Source of the DNA: Acidimicrobiales bacterium
GTDB taxonomy: Bacteria; Actinomycetota; Acidimicrobiia; Acidimicrobiales; Bog-793
DNA: 64,000 nucleotides
NCBI GenBank assembly: GCA_050008715.1
Contig: JBEKMC010000010.1
Coordinates: 10,545-74,544, forward strand
Direction: 5' to 3'
The position numbers and the translations under genes were made by a program. This document shows, in pieces, positions 1-8,940 of this stretch. Under the pieces are notes generated by a model, which saw only the letters and a program-made list of their open reading frames with translations, did no database searches and was not told the DNA's origin. The number at the start of each line of letters is the position of its first letter. Positions within the stretch are counted from its first letter, which is position 1.

Positions 1-255
1 GGTATGTTCGCCTGGGCCGGCTTCCGCATCGCCGCTCGTGAGCCGGATCCGTTCAGCCGCTACGTCGCCGTCGGGATCACGTGCTGGATCGTGTGCCAGG
101 CCGTGATCAACGTCGGCGGAGTCATCGACGCACTGCCCATCACCGGCATACCCTTGCCGTTCATCTCCTACGGAGGATCCGCGCTCGTGGCCGAGATGGC
201 GGGAGCCGGCCTGCTGCTCGGTATCGCCCGCCGCCAGCGGCCCGCGCCAGCATGA
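1..255 (+). CDS. ftsW: FtsW/RodA (SEDS) family protein, C-terminal fragment; the gene begins upstream of the window
   Basis: The frame of ORF 4..255 is open to the window edge. It carries the C-terminal SEDS-type motif PLPFISYGGSALV. Its stop overlaps the murG ATG (ATGA at 252-255). dcw-cluster context. Confidence 0.85.
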   Translation, partial: GMFAWAGFRIAAREPDPFSRYVAVGITCWIVCQAVINVGGVIDALPITGIPLPFISYGGSALVAEMAGAGLLLGIARRQRPAPA

Positions 256-1442
256 CCGGTGCCCGGAGTACAGGCGCCCGGAGCACTGGCGCGCCCGGGG
301 CTCGCTCGACCACGAGCTGCTTCGCCATCATCGCCGGGGGCGGCACGGGCGGCCACGTCCAGCCTGCTCTCGCCGTCGCCGAGGCGCTCGTCGCCAGGGG
401 CCACGAACGGGCGAGCGTGCACTTCGTCGGGAGCGAGCGGGGAATGGAGGCGACGCTCGTGCCCGAGGCCGGTTTCGAGGTGACGTTGCTTCCGGGCCGG
501 GGAATCCAGCGCCGCCTGACCGCAGAGAACTTCGGGGCGGTATACGGCATCGGCTCGGCCTGCTGGCAGGCGCTCGGCATCCTTCGCCGTCGCCGTCCGT
601 CCGTCGTGGTGACGGTGGGCGGCTATGCGGGATTCCCGCCGGCCTTCGCCGCCCTCCTCGAGCGCGTGCCGGTTGTCGTGGTCAGCTACGACGCAGTCCC
701 AGGTGCTGCCAACCGTCTCGTCGGCCGTTTCGCGGCGGCGAACGCCGTGGCGTTTCCCGGTAGTGGTCTACCCAACGCGCGCGTCACCGGACCACCGGTC
801 CGCGCGAGCGTGCTCGCCGTCGACCGCAGCCCGGTCGGCCGGAAGATCGCGTGCACCGAGCTCGGGATCGACCCTGACCGCCTCGTCGTGCTCGCCACCG
901 GAGGCTCGCTCGGCGCGAGGACGGTGAACCGCGCCGTCGTCTCCTTCAGTCAGGCCTGGCGCGACCACGCCGATCTGTGCGTGTACCACGTGGCCGGCGA
1001 CCGCAATCTGGACGAGGTGCGGACCGCCGCGCAAGCCGCCGGCCTCTTCGGGCACGACGCCCGCCTCGACTACCGGTTGGCGGGGTTCGAACGGCGAATG
1101 CCCTTGTTGCTGGCGGCCTGCGACCTCGTGGTGGGGCGTGCCGGCGCCTCCACCGTCGCCGAGCTGGCGGCCCTCGGGGTCCCGAGCGTCCTCGTGCCGT
1201 TGCCAGGCTCTCCGTCCGACCACCAGACGAAGAACGCCCGCGCACTTGCCGACGCGGGCGCCTCCGTCATGGTCGCCGACAGCGAGTGCAGCGGGGCGCG
1301 TCTCGGCGAGGTGATCGAGCCGTTGCTGGCTGAGCCAGCCATGCGGGCCTCCATGTCGGAGGCGGCGTCCCGTCTCGGGCATCGGGATGCAGCCGACCAG
1401 ATCGCATTGCTGGCCGAATCGGTCGTGCGGCGGGCGGCATGA
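252..1442 (+). CDS. murG: UDP-N-acetylglucosamine:lipid I N-acetylglucosaminyltransferase MurG
   Basis: Frame of ORF 81..1442. I place the start at ATG 252, overlapping the ftsW stop. Glycine loop IIAGGGTGGHVQPALAVAEAL and C-terminal GASTVAELAALGVPSVLVP are present. Confidence 0.9.
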   Translation: MTGARSTGARSTGAPGARSTTSCFAIIAGGGTGGHVQPALAVAEALVARGHERASVHFVGSERGMEATLVPEAGFEVTLLPGRGIQRRLTAENFGAVYGIGSACWQALGILRRRRPSVVVTVGGYAGFPPAFAALLERVPVVVVSYDAVPGAANRLVGRFAAANAVAFPGSGLPNARVTGPPVRASVLAVDRSPVGRKIACTELGIDPDRLVVLATGGSLGARTVNRAVVSFSQAWRDHADLCVYHVAGDRNLDEVRTAAQAAGLFGHDARLDYRLAGFERRMPLLLAACDLVVGRAGASTVAELAALGVPSVLVPLPGSPSDHQTKNARALADAGASVMVADSECSGARLGEVIEPLLAEPAMRASMSEAASRLGHRDAADQIALLAESVVRRAA

Positions 1443-2863
1443 CCGGAGACGGTGGGACGCCGCTCGACCTGAGGATTCCTCAGCACATTCACGTCGTGGG
1501 CGTGGGTGGTGCCGGCATGAGCGCCGTGGCGGCCGTGCTGGCTGCCATGGGCCACGACATCACCGGCAGTGACCTGAAAGCGTCCTCGATGTTCCAGCGG
1601 CTGCACGGCTTGGGCCTGTCGGTCACGGTCGGACATGACCCGGCGAACGTCGACGGTGCGAGCGCCCTCTGCGTGTCGAGTGCCATCGGCGCCTCCAACG
1701 TCGAAGTGACGGAAGCTCGTCGCCGGGGTATCCCCGTCTTCTCGCGGGCCGATGTGCTCGCCGGCATCGCCGAGCTCCGCCGCACGATCGCGGTGGCAGG
1801 AACGCACGGCAAGACGACGACGTCGTCGATGCTGTCGCTCATCCTCATCGAGGCCGGCATGAGGCCGAGTTTCATCATCGGCGGCGACCTGAACGACATC
1901 GGGACGAACGCAGTGTGGGACAACGGCGAATGGCTGGTCGTCGAAGCCGACGAGAGCGATCGCACGTTCCTCCGCCTGTCGCCTGAGATCGCAGTCGTCA
2001 CGAGCATCGAGCCCGACCACCTCGAGACCTACGGGTCGTTCGGCGCACTTCGCGAGGCATTCGGGTCGTTCATGGCGAACACGTCCCTGAACGTGATCTC
2101 CGCCGATGACGAGACAGCACTGGAGCTGGCGCCGCCCGGAGCCGTCACCTACGGGAGGAGCGCGGCGGCGCGCTATCGCATGAGCTCGCTGCAGAGCGCC
2201 CGGAGCAGCATCTCGTTCTCGTTGACCGATACCGTCTCCCGGCCGGATCCAGCCGGCGGCGGCGCCGGCAATGGAGCGACGGACCTCGGCAGCTTCGAAG
2301 TCGCCGTTCCCGGCGAGTACAACGCACGAAACGCCACCGCCGCCATCGCCGTGGCGGTCTCCGTCGGAGTCGATCCCGACGACGCCCGCAGGGCGCTGGC
2401 GAGGTTTGGCGGGGTGGCGCGGAGGTTCGAGTTTCGGGGCGAGCGCGACGGCGTGACCTTCGTCGACGACTACGCCCATCTGCCCTCCGAGGTGAGGGCG
2501 GGCCTCGGCGCGGCGCGCAGCGGCGGTTACGGACGGGTCGTGTGCGTGTTCCAGCCGCATCGCTACTCGCGCATCGCGTCTCTGGCACCGGACTTTTCCT
2601 CGGCCTTCGTCGACTGCGACGTGCTGTTCGTCACCGACATCTACCCGGCGGGCGAGGAGGCCCGCCCGGGCGTCACCGGCCAGCTCATCGTGGACGCCGT
2701 CCTGGCGGCTCACCCAGGCGCAAACGTCACTTACGCGCCGACCCACGAGGAGCTCCTCGCTCGTCTTCGCGAGACCCTGCGCGTGGGCGACTGCTGCATC
2801 ACCCTCGAGGCCGGCGATCTCACAGCCCTGCCGGACGAGATGCTGGCGGGCGACCGGTGGTGA
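1439..2863 (+). CDS. murC: UDP-N-acetylmuramate--L-alanine ligase MurC
   Basis: N-terminal VGVGGAGMSAVA and Mur-ligase P-loop GTHGKTTTSSM. ATGA overlap with the murG stop. Confidence 0.92.
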   Translation: MTGDGGTPLDLRIPQHIHVVGVGGAGMSAVAAVLAAMGHDITGSDLKASSMFQRLHGLGLSVTVGHDPANVDGASALCVSSAIGASNVEVTEARRRGIPVFSRADVLAGIAELRRTIAVAGTHGKTTTSSMLSLILIEAGMRPSFIIGGDLNDIGTNAVWDNGEWLVVEADESDRTFLRLSPEIAVVTSIEPDHLETYGSFGALREAFGSFMANTSLNVISADDETALELAPPGAVTYGRSAAARYRMSSLQSARSSISFSLTDTVSRPDPAGGGAGNGATDLGSFEVAVPGEYNARNATAAIAVAVSVGVDPDDARRALARFGGVARRFEFRGERDGVTFVDDYAHLPSEVRAGLGAARSGGYGRVVCVFQPHRYSRIASLAPDFSSAFVDCDVLFVTDIYPAGEEARPGVTGQLIVDAVLAAHPGANVTYAPTHEELLARLRETLRVGDCCITLEAGDLTALPDEMLAGDRW

Positions 2864-3813
2864 GCGCCCTGCTGTCGGCCGAGATCGACCGGTTGGCGGC
2901 CGCGCTCGCCGGGCTCGCCCGCCGCGAGGTGCCGATCGGCCCGCTCACGACCTACCGCGTCGGAGGCGCCGCCCGGCTGTTCTGCGAGATCGCCTCCGAA
3001 GCCGATCTGGAGCGCCTGTCCGCTGCGCTTGGCGACTCGCCGGTGCCGCTGCTCGTCATCGGCAAGGGCTCCAACCTTCTCGTCGCCGATCGCGGGTGGG
3101 ACGGGCTCTGTGTCCACCTCGGCGACGCCTTTGCGTCCATCACCATCGACGGGATCGATGTCGTCGCAGGCGGGGCAACCCCCTATCCAGTCCTGGCTCG
3201 TCGCACCGGTATCGCCGGGCTGACGGGCATGGAATGGGCCGTGGGCATCCCCGGCTCGGTCGGTGGTGCCGTCAGGATGAACGCCGGCGGGCACGGAGCT
3301 GAGACGCAAGACCGCCTCGTCGGCTGCCGGCTCGTCGACCTGTCGGGCGGCACGGACCGCTGGTGCCCGGCTTCCTCCTTGCACCTCGGTTACCGCCATT
3401 CGTCCATCCGCCCGTGCGAGCTGGTCCTGGCGGCTCGTTTCCGGCTCGAGCCCGGCGACTCGGAGCACTCGGCCGTGCGAATCGCCGAGATCGTCCGTTG
3501 GCGCAGGGAGAACCAACCCGGTGGCCAGAATGCCGGCTCCGTCTTCACGAACCCACCGGGCGACAGTGCCGGGCGGCTCGTCGACGTCGCCGGGATGAAG
3601 GACTACCGCATCGGGTCGGCCTCCGTGTCGACCAAGCATGCGAACTTCATCCAAGCCGATCCCTCCGGGTCGGCCGACGACGTGCGTGAGCTCGTCGAGA
3701 CCGTTCGGCGAGCTGTCGCCGATCGGCTCGGCGTCGAGCTCGAGGTCGAGTTGCAGATGGTCGGCTGGGATCCCTCACCTGGGGAACCCGATACGTCATG
3801 CTCTTCACCGTGA
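2857..3813 (+). CDS. murB: UDP-N-acetylenolpyruvoylglucosamine reductase MurB
   Basis: Frame of ORF 2542..3813. Start placed at GTG 2857 (or 2860), overlapping the murC stop. Motifs YRVGGAARLF, GKGSNLLV, MNAGGHG, GSVFTNP and STKHANFI are present. Confidence 0.88.
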   Translation: MVSALLSAEIDRLAAALAGLARREVPIGPLTTYRVGGAARLFCEIASEADLERLSAALGDSPVPLLVIGKGSNLLVADRGWDGLCVHLGDAFASITIDGIDVVAGGATPYPVLARRTGIAGLTGMEWAVGIPGSVGGAVRMNAGGHGAETQDRLVGCRLVDLSGGTDRWCPASSLHLGYRHSSIRPCELVLAARFRLEPGDSEHSAVRIAEIVRWRRENQPGGQNAGSVFTNPPGDSAGRLVDVAGMKDYRIGSASVSTKHANFIQADPSGSADDVRELVETVRRAVADRLGVELEVELQMVGWDPSPGEPDTSCSSP

Positions 3814-3865
3814 GCTGCTGCGCGGGTCGTTTGCCAACGCCGGCGTCGCCCACCTCGCCACGGCG

Positions 3866-4726
3866 GTGGGCGGCGTGACCGATCCGCGGATTCATGCCCG
3901 TCGCGTCGTCGTCGCCCGCCAGCGCGGCCGCCGCCGCCGACATCGCATCGTGGCGGCGCTCGTCGTCGCCGCCGTGGTGGCAGGCTCGATCGCCCTCGTG
4001 CACTCGTCGGTCTTCGGCGCCCGCCACGTGCGCGTACTCGGGGCGCCGAACATCCCGACCCCCACGGTGATTTCCGCCGCGGGCCTAAAGGACGACCCAC
4101 CGCTCGTGGACCTCAACCCGGGCTCGATCGCTTCGCGGGTGGAGCACCTCCCCTGGGTGCTGACGGCAGCGGTCCGCATCGGTTGGCCTTCGACGGTGGC
4201 GATCCAGGTCATCGAACGCATCCCAGTCGCTGCCATCGCCGTCGATCCGGCATCCGGCAGCCCATCATCCGGCAACCCATCATCCGGCGCCCCAGCACCC
4301 GGCGGCTCGTATGCGATCTGCGATGTGACGGGACGAGTGCTCGAGGTCCTCCCGTCACGGCCTCCGTCCCTGCCGATCGTCGCCCTCGATGCCCCGGGCG
4401 CGGGTGTTCCCGGCGCTCCCGGTAGCTCCCTCCCGAGCCGGGACCGCCTCGAGCTCGAGGTGGCGGCCGCCATGCCCGAGTCCATGGTGCCCGAGATCGG
4501 GGTGATCGCCGTGAGCTCCGCCGGTGCCGTCGTCAGCCTCCCTGGCGACCGCCAGGCGATTCTGGGCAGAGGTTCGTTGCTCTCGGAGAAGTTCGTGTCG
4601 CTCGCGACCGTGCTCGCACACGCGGATCTCGACGGGATCGGCGCCATCGACGTACGCGTGCCGGCGGCGCCCATCTTGCTCGCGAAGGGGTCAAGTCCCA
4701 TCTTTCCTGGTATCGTCGGCGGCTGA
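3866..4726 (+). CDS. ftsQ: Cell division protein FtsQ (POTRA domain)
   Basis: Frame of ORF 3638..4726. The first GTG after the murB stop is 3866 (3875 is also possible). Arg-rich N-terminus, one TM segment (IVAALVVAAVVAGSIALV), then POTRA-like VRVLGAPNIPTPTVISAAGL. Sits between murB and ftsZ. Confidence 0.75.
   Translation: MGGVTDPRIHARRVVVARQRGRRRRHRIVAALVVAAVVAGSIALVHSSVFGARHVRVLGAPNIPTPTVISAAGLKDDPPLVDLNPGSIASRVEHLPWVLTAAVRIGWPSTVAIQVIERIPVAAIAVDPASGSPSSGNPSSGAPAPGGSYAICDVTGRVLEVLPSRPPSLPIVALDAPGAGVPGAPGSSLPSRDRLELEVAAAMPESMVPEIGVIAVSSAGAVVSLPGDRQAILGRGSLLSEKFVSLATVLAHADLDGIGAIDVRVPAAPILLAKGSSPIFPGIVGG
4261..4305 (+). repeat. In-frame 15-bp tandem repeat x3 inside ftsQ (PSSGN/PSSGA/PAPGG)
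   Basis: cccatcatccggcaa / cccatcatccggcgc / cccagcacccggcgg, read directly from the sequence. Confidence 0.8.
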
Positions 4727-4914
4727 GCCGTAGCTGTGTGGCCAAGCGCCGGAGGGGGGACCGGAGTTGCGTCGTGCAAGTCGTAACACCGCTGGAGTAC
4801 CGCACAGCAGGCCGTACAGACGGTTCCGGGTGACGGTCGGGTGAGGCAGCCCGCCCGCACGAGCCCGAGCAGTCTGCGATATCCCGCCGGACCACAGGAA
4901 AGAACGGAGCGCTC

Positions 4915-6147
4915 ATGAGCAGCCCCGGGCAGAGCTTCATCGCCGTCATCAAGGTCGTCGGGATCGGCGGCGGTGGTGTCAACGCCGTGAACAGGATGAT
5001 CGACGCAGGCTTGCAGGGAGCCGAGTTCATCGCCGTCAACACTGACGCGCAAGCGCTGTTGATGAGCGAGGCGGACATCAAGCTCGACATCGGTCGGACG
5101 CTCACGCGCGGTCTCGGCGCCGGGAGTGATCCTGAGGTCGGCCGACGGGCGGCCGAGGAGCACCTCGAGGAGATCGAGGAGGTGTTGAAGGGTGCCGACA
5201 TGGTGTTCATCACCGCCGGGAAAGGCGGTGGCACGGGGACCGGGGCGGCACCGATCATCGCCGAAGTGGCAAGGAGCGTCGGGGCGCTCACGATCGGCGT
5301 GGTGACGAGGCCGTTCGCCTTCGAAGGACGCCGTCGCTCAAATCAGGCCGAGCAGGGAATCCAGCGCCTGAAGGAGAAGGTCGACACGCTCATCGTGATC
5401 CCGAACGAACGCCTGCTCGCCATCTCCGACGAGCGGACCTCCATCGTCGATGCCTTCAAGATGGCCGACGAGGTGCTGCTGCAGGGCGTACAGGGCATCA
5501 CGGATCTCATCAACGTGCCCGGTCTCATCAACACCGACTTCGCCGACGTGAAGATGGTCATGGCCAACGCCGGTTCGGCGATCATGGGGATCGGGACGGG
5601 CTCGGGCGAAGGTCGCGCGGTCAACGCCGCTCGTCATGCCATCACGAGCCCGCTGCTGGAAGCGTCCATCGAAGGAGCCCGCGGCATCCTGCTCAACATC
5701 GCCGGCGGCAGCGATCTCACGTTGTTCGAGGTGAACGAAGCCGCAGCCATCATTCACGACGTCGCACATCCGGACGCCAACATCATCTTCGGGAACGTCG
5801 TCGACGAGACGCTTGGCGACCAGGTGCGGGTGACCGTGATCGCGGCAGGCTTCGATCACTACGAGGAGCCGGAGGAGACGCGCCGTGCCGGCCGGGGGTC
5901 CGGGACGAAGAGCTTCCCGGGACCGCAGGCGTCGACGCGAGGCGGCCAGCCCGCCCACGGTCTCATTCCGCCGTCGCGCTCGGAGGGAGTGCGCTCCGAC
6001 CCGCCGTTGCGCGGCGAGAGTCGCGGTGACCTCCCCGAGGTGTTCCCTTCGCGGGACGACCTCTCCGAGGAGCGGGACGTCTTCGCGGATGCCGACGACG
6101 ACATCGACCTCGACGACGATTTCGACGTACCGTCGTTCCTGAAATAG
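4915..6147 (+). CDS. ftsZ: Cell division GTPase FtsZ
   Basis: Motifs [13 protein letters not shown] and tubulin signature [10 protein letters not shown]. Disordered acidic C-terminal tail ending [11 protein letters not shown] 188-bp untranslated region lies upstream. Confidence 0.97.
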   Translation: MSSPGQSFIAVIKVVGIGGGGVNAVNRMIDAGLQGAEFIAVNTDAQALLMSEADIKLDIGRTLTRGLGAGSDPEVGRRAAEEHLEEIEEVLKGADMVFITAGKGGGTGTGAAPIIAEVARSVGALTIGVVTRPFAFEGRRRSNQAEQGIQRLKEKVDTLIVIPNERLLAISDERTSIVDAFKMADEVLLQGVQGITDLINVPGLINTDFADVKMVMANAGSAIMGIGTGSGEGRAVNAARHAITSPLLEASIEGARGILLNIAGGSDLTLFEVNEAAAIIHDVAHPDANIIFGNVVDETLGDQVRVTVIAAGFDHYEEPEETRRAGRGSGTKSFPGPQASTRGGQPAHGLIPPSRSEGVRSDPPLRGESRGDLPEVFPSRDDLSEERDVFADADDDIDLDDDFDVPSFLK

Positions 6148-6176
6148 CCCCCGGGGCGATCCTGTCGTCGGAAGCG

Positions 6177-6863
6177 GTGCTGCCCAGCCTGGAACTTTCG
6201 ACGGTCCGTGCCCGGCTCGACGTCATCCGTGAGCGGATCGTCTCGGCCGGCGGTGACCCGGACCGTGTCACGGTCGTGGCGGTCACCAAGGGCCACGGAG
6301 TCGAAGCGGCTCGGGCGGCGCTTGGCATCGGTCTCACCGAAATCGGGGAGAACTACGCCTCCGAGCTGGCCGACAAGGCAGCAACCGTCGGCTCGCTCGC
6401 TGCCGGGGTGGTGCCGCGCTGGCACTTCCTCGGGGTGGTGCAGCGCAACAAGATCGCCCGGCTCGCCCCGATCGTGTCCTGCTGGCAGGCAGTGTCCCGG
6501 CCGGAGGAGGCGTCGGCGATCGCTCGGCACCGTGACAAGGCTGAGGTCTTCATCGAGATCGACGTGTCCGACGAGCCCGGCCGGGCAGGCTGCGCACCCG
6601 CAGAGGCCGCCTCCGTGCTCGACGCCGCCCTCGCCGCCGGGTGCAAGGTCCGCGGGCTGATGACCGTTGCCCCGTTGGCGGCCGGCGGGGACAGCCAGAC
6701 GACCGCTGCGCGTGCCTTTGCTACAGTCGCCGGGCTCGCCCAAACACTCGGGCTCGACGAGCTCTCCATGGGAATGTCGCACGACCTCGAACCCGCAGTC
6801 GCCGCCGGATCGACGATGGTCCGGATCGGGACGGCGCTGTTCGGAGAGCGGTCCGCCCGGTGA
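6177..6863 (+). CDS. YggS/YlmE-family pyridoxal-phosphate homeostasis protein
   Basis: Contains VAVTKGHG (PLP lysine context), IGENY and WHFLGVVQRNK. GTG start. Conserved position just after ftsZ. Confidence 0.85.
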   Translation: MLPSLELSTVRARLDVIRERIVSAGGDPDRVTVVAVTKGHGVEAARAALGIGLTEIGENYASELADKAATVGSLAAGVVPRWHFLGVVQRNKIARLAPIVSCWQAVSRPEEASAIARHRDKAEVFIEIDVSDEPGRAGCAPAEAASVLDAALAAGCKVRGLMTVAPLAAGGDSQTTAARAFATVAGLAQTLGLDELSMGMSHDLEPAVAAGSTMVRIGTALFGERSAR

Positions 6864-6918
6864 TCCCCGCAAGCTCCGCCGTGGGCTGCAACAATAGACA
6901 GCCCAGAGGAGGGCTTAT

Positions 6919-7440
6919 ATGGCATCGTTCATGCAAAAGGCGCTGCAGTACCTCGGGCTCAAGGACATCGACAACGATGGGTACTACGACGACGACGATC
7001 TCGGCGAACCCGGACCCGGCAACACACGCACCACCTACCCTGAACAGAACGCCGATCCACCTCCGGCGGGGACCGTGGCGACCGTTCGCCCCCTTGTCCG
7101 GGAGGAGTACCGGGATCCCTCGTCCTTCGGTCGCGGAGTCGTGCGACCGATCGTGACGCAGCGTCAGACGAAGCCCCAGGTGGTGGCTCCGGCCCGTTTC
7201 TCGGACGCGCAGGAGATCGGCGATCTCGTCAAGGCCAACCACCCGGTCATCGTCAACCTGCAGTCGAGCGAGCGCGATCTGGCGCGACGCATGATCGACT
7301 TCTGCTCCGGCCTCACCTACGCGCTCTCCGGCACGATGGAGAAGGTCGCGGACCAGGTGTTCCTCCTCACGCCTTCGAACGTCGACATCCCCCCGGAGGA
7401 ACGCCGCCGACTCGCAGAGCCGGGCGTGTTCCGGTCCTGA
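6919..7440 (+). CDS. sepF: Cell division protein SepF
   Basis: N-terminal MASFMQKALQYLGL amphipathic helix. C-terminal core VIVNLQSSERDLARRMIDFCSGLTYALSGTMEKV. GAGGAGGG RBS upstream. Confidence 0.9.
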   Translation: MASFMQKALQYLGLKDIDNDGYYDDDDLGEPGPGNTRTTYPEQNADPPPAGTVATVRPLVREEYRDPSSFGRGVVRPIVTQRQTKPQVVAPARFSDAQEIGDLVKANHPVIVNLQSSERDLARRMIDFCSGLTYALSGTMEKVADQVFLLTPSNVDIPPEERRRLAEPGVFRS

Positions 7441-7484
7441 CCCACCGCGCTACGCCCGGTTCGCAGGGCTGCTAGGACAGGCAC

Positions 7485-7748
7485 ATGGGTTTGGCCGCGG
7501 AAGTCGTGCGATGGATCCTGTCAGCGTTCCTCATCTGCCTGTTCGTGCGCGTGATCCTTTCGTACTTCCCGGTCTCCTTCGGAACTCCCATGGCGGGTGT
7601 GCAGCGCGCCGTCGGTGCGGTGACCGACCCGATCCTCGCGCCGGTGAGACGGATCGTGCCGCCCGTGAACCTCGGCGGGGGCGGGGTCCTCGACATGTCA
7701 CCGGTCATCGTGTTCGTCGTCATCTTCATCCTGCTGAGCTTCATCTGA
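7485..7748 (+). CDS. YggT-family small membrane protein
   Basis: 87 aa with two hydrophobic segments and the RVILSYFP motif. Canonical position between sepF and divIVA. Confidence 0.8.
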   Translation: MGLAAEVVRWILSAFLICLFVRVILSYFPVSFGTPMAGVQRAVGAVTDPILAPVRRIVPPVNLGGGGVLDMSPVIVFVVIFILLSFI

Positions 7749-7857
7749 CGCGTGACGTCCGGCTTGCGGGCGCCGGTCGTGCGGCCGGTGGGTTCGCCTC
7801 GTCGCCTTCGGGCACCATCCACGCCCGCCGGCGAAGCGACAGATACGATCAGCGGCC

Positions 7858-8892
7858 ATGGAGATCTCCGCCCGTGTGCTCAGGGAAGTCGAGTTCAACA
7901 GCAGCCTTCGTGGCTACAACACCGATGAGGTCGACGAGTTCCTGGAGCAGGTGGCCGATGCAGTCGAGCGGCTCCACGCCGAGGCCAAGAGCGCTGCGGA
8001 GCGGGCCGAGGCCGCCGACCGGAGCCCCCGCGACCGAGGCGCCATCGAGGACGACGACAGCATCCGGCGCACGCTGGTCCTGGCACAACGCACGGCCGAC
8101 CTGGCCATCCGAGAGGCGCAGGAAGAAGCTGGGCAGATGCTGGACCGTGCCCGCGCGGAGGCAGAGACCCTCGTCGGTGACGCCCGCGACTCCGCCATGC
8201 GGATCTCCTCCGACGCCGAGCGACGGCTGCAGGAGGAGGTCGCCCGGCTCGGGGCGTCCCGCGACGAGCTGAGAAAAGAGGTCGACACGCTCGTCACCCT
8301 GCTCGGGACCGAGCGCGAGCGCCTCACCGAGACGCTCGGCGCGGCTCTTCGCTACGTCGAGCGCAGCCTGTCGCCGTCGGCTGAGGTGATGTCGGTTGCG
8401 GCGAGCGCCACTCGTACGACCCCTGAAGCGCCGGCCCGCGAAGACGGCGACCAGCCCGCGCCCGAGGCCGATACCGAGGCGGACGAGTCTGAAGGCCGAG
8501 CAGGTGGAGGCGACGGCGACGGGGCGGCCACTGGCGCCGCCTCTGACGGCGCTGCGGTCCTCGAGGCTCCCTCCGCCACGAGTGAGGCACCGGTCACGGC
8601 GCCCGAGACGACCGAGGACGACGGTGACAGGGCCAAGCCTGCGGTCCTCGACGACCTCGAAGCCGCCATCGCCGAGGATGCAGCCGCGGCGGCGCCGACC
8701 TATGCGCGCCAATCGGAGCCCGAGCACTACGACTGGGACTCGGTTATCCGCGGCCGGCCCGAGCCGCTGTTCGGGGACCGGGGGCAGCTCGATCGCCCGA
8801 ACCTGACCGCCGTGCCCTCGATGGACGAGCCGGCGAAGGACACCGCCTCCACGCGGAGCCGGCGGCGCCGCGGTTCGAACTGGCCGGCTTGA
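7858..8892 (+). CDS. divIVA: DivIVA/Wag31-family polar scaffold protein
   Basis: N-terminal FNSSLRGYNTDEVDEFLEQV DivIVA motif, followed by coiled-coil and an acidic low-complexity C-terminus. Confidence 0.9.
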   Translation: MEISARVLREVEFNSSLRGYNTDEVDEFLEQVADAVERLHAEAKSAAERAEAADRSPRDRGAIEDDDSIRRTLVLAQRTADLAIREAQEEAGQMLDRARAEAETLVGDARDSAMRISSDAERRLQEEVARLGASRDELRKEVDTLVTLLGTERERLTETLGAALRYVERSLSPSAEVMSVAASATRTTPEAPAREDGDQPAPEADTEADESEGRAGGGDGDGAATGAASDGAAVLEAPSATSEAPVTAPETTEDDGDRAKPAVLDDLEAAIAEDAAAAAPTYARQSEPEHYDWDSVIRGRPEPLFGDRGQLDRPNLTAVPSMDEPAKDTASTRSRRRRGSNWPA

Positions 8893-8940
8893 GCGGTCGC
8901 ACCCGCGTGCCATGCCGGGCGAGCTCAGATTGGCACGGGC

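Noticed and set aside
81-251. Upstream extension of the murG ORF overlapping ftsW.
   Set aside because: The sequence is Arg/His-rich and overlaps the well-conserved FtsW C-terminus in another frame. ATG 252 gives the usual ATGA coupling and a normal MurG N-terminus.
1070-2746. 558-aa minus-strand ORF opposite murG/murC.
   Set aside because: Arg/Gly/Asp/His-rich composition typical of antisense frames in high-GC DNA. The plus strand encodes unmistakable MurG and MurC.
8893-8940. Terminator hairpin between the convergent divIVA and ileS genes.
   Set aside because: Only a 7-bp stem (CGTGCCA/TGGCACG) with an 18-nt loop and no U-tract. This is too weak to call.
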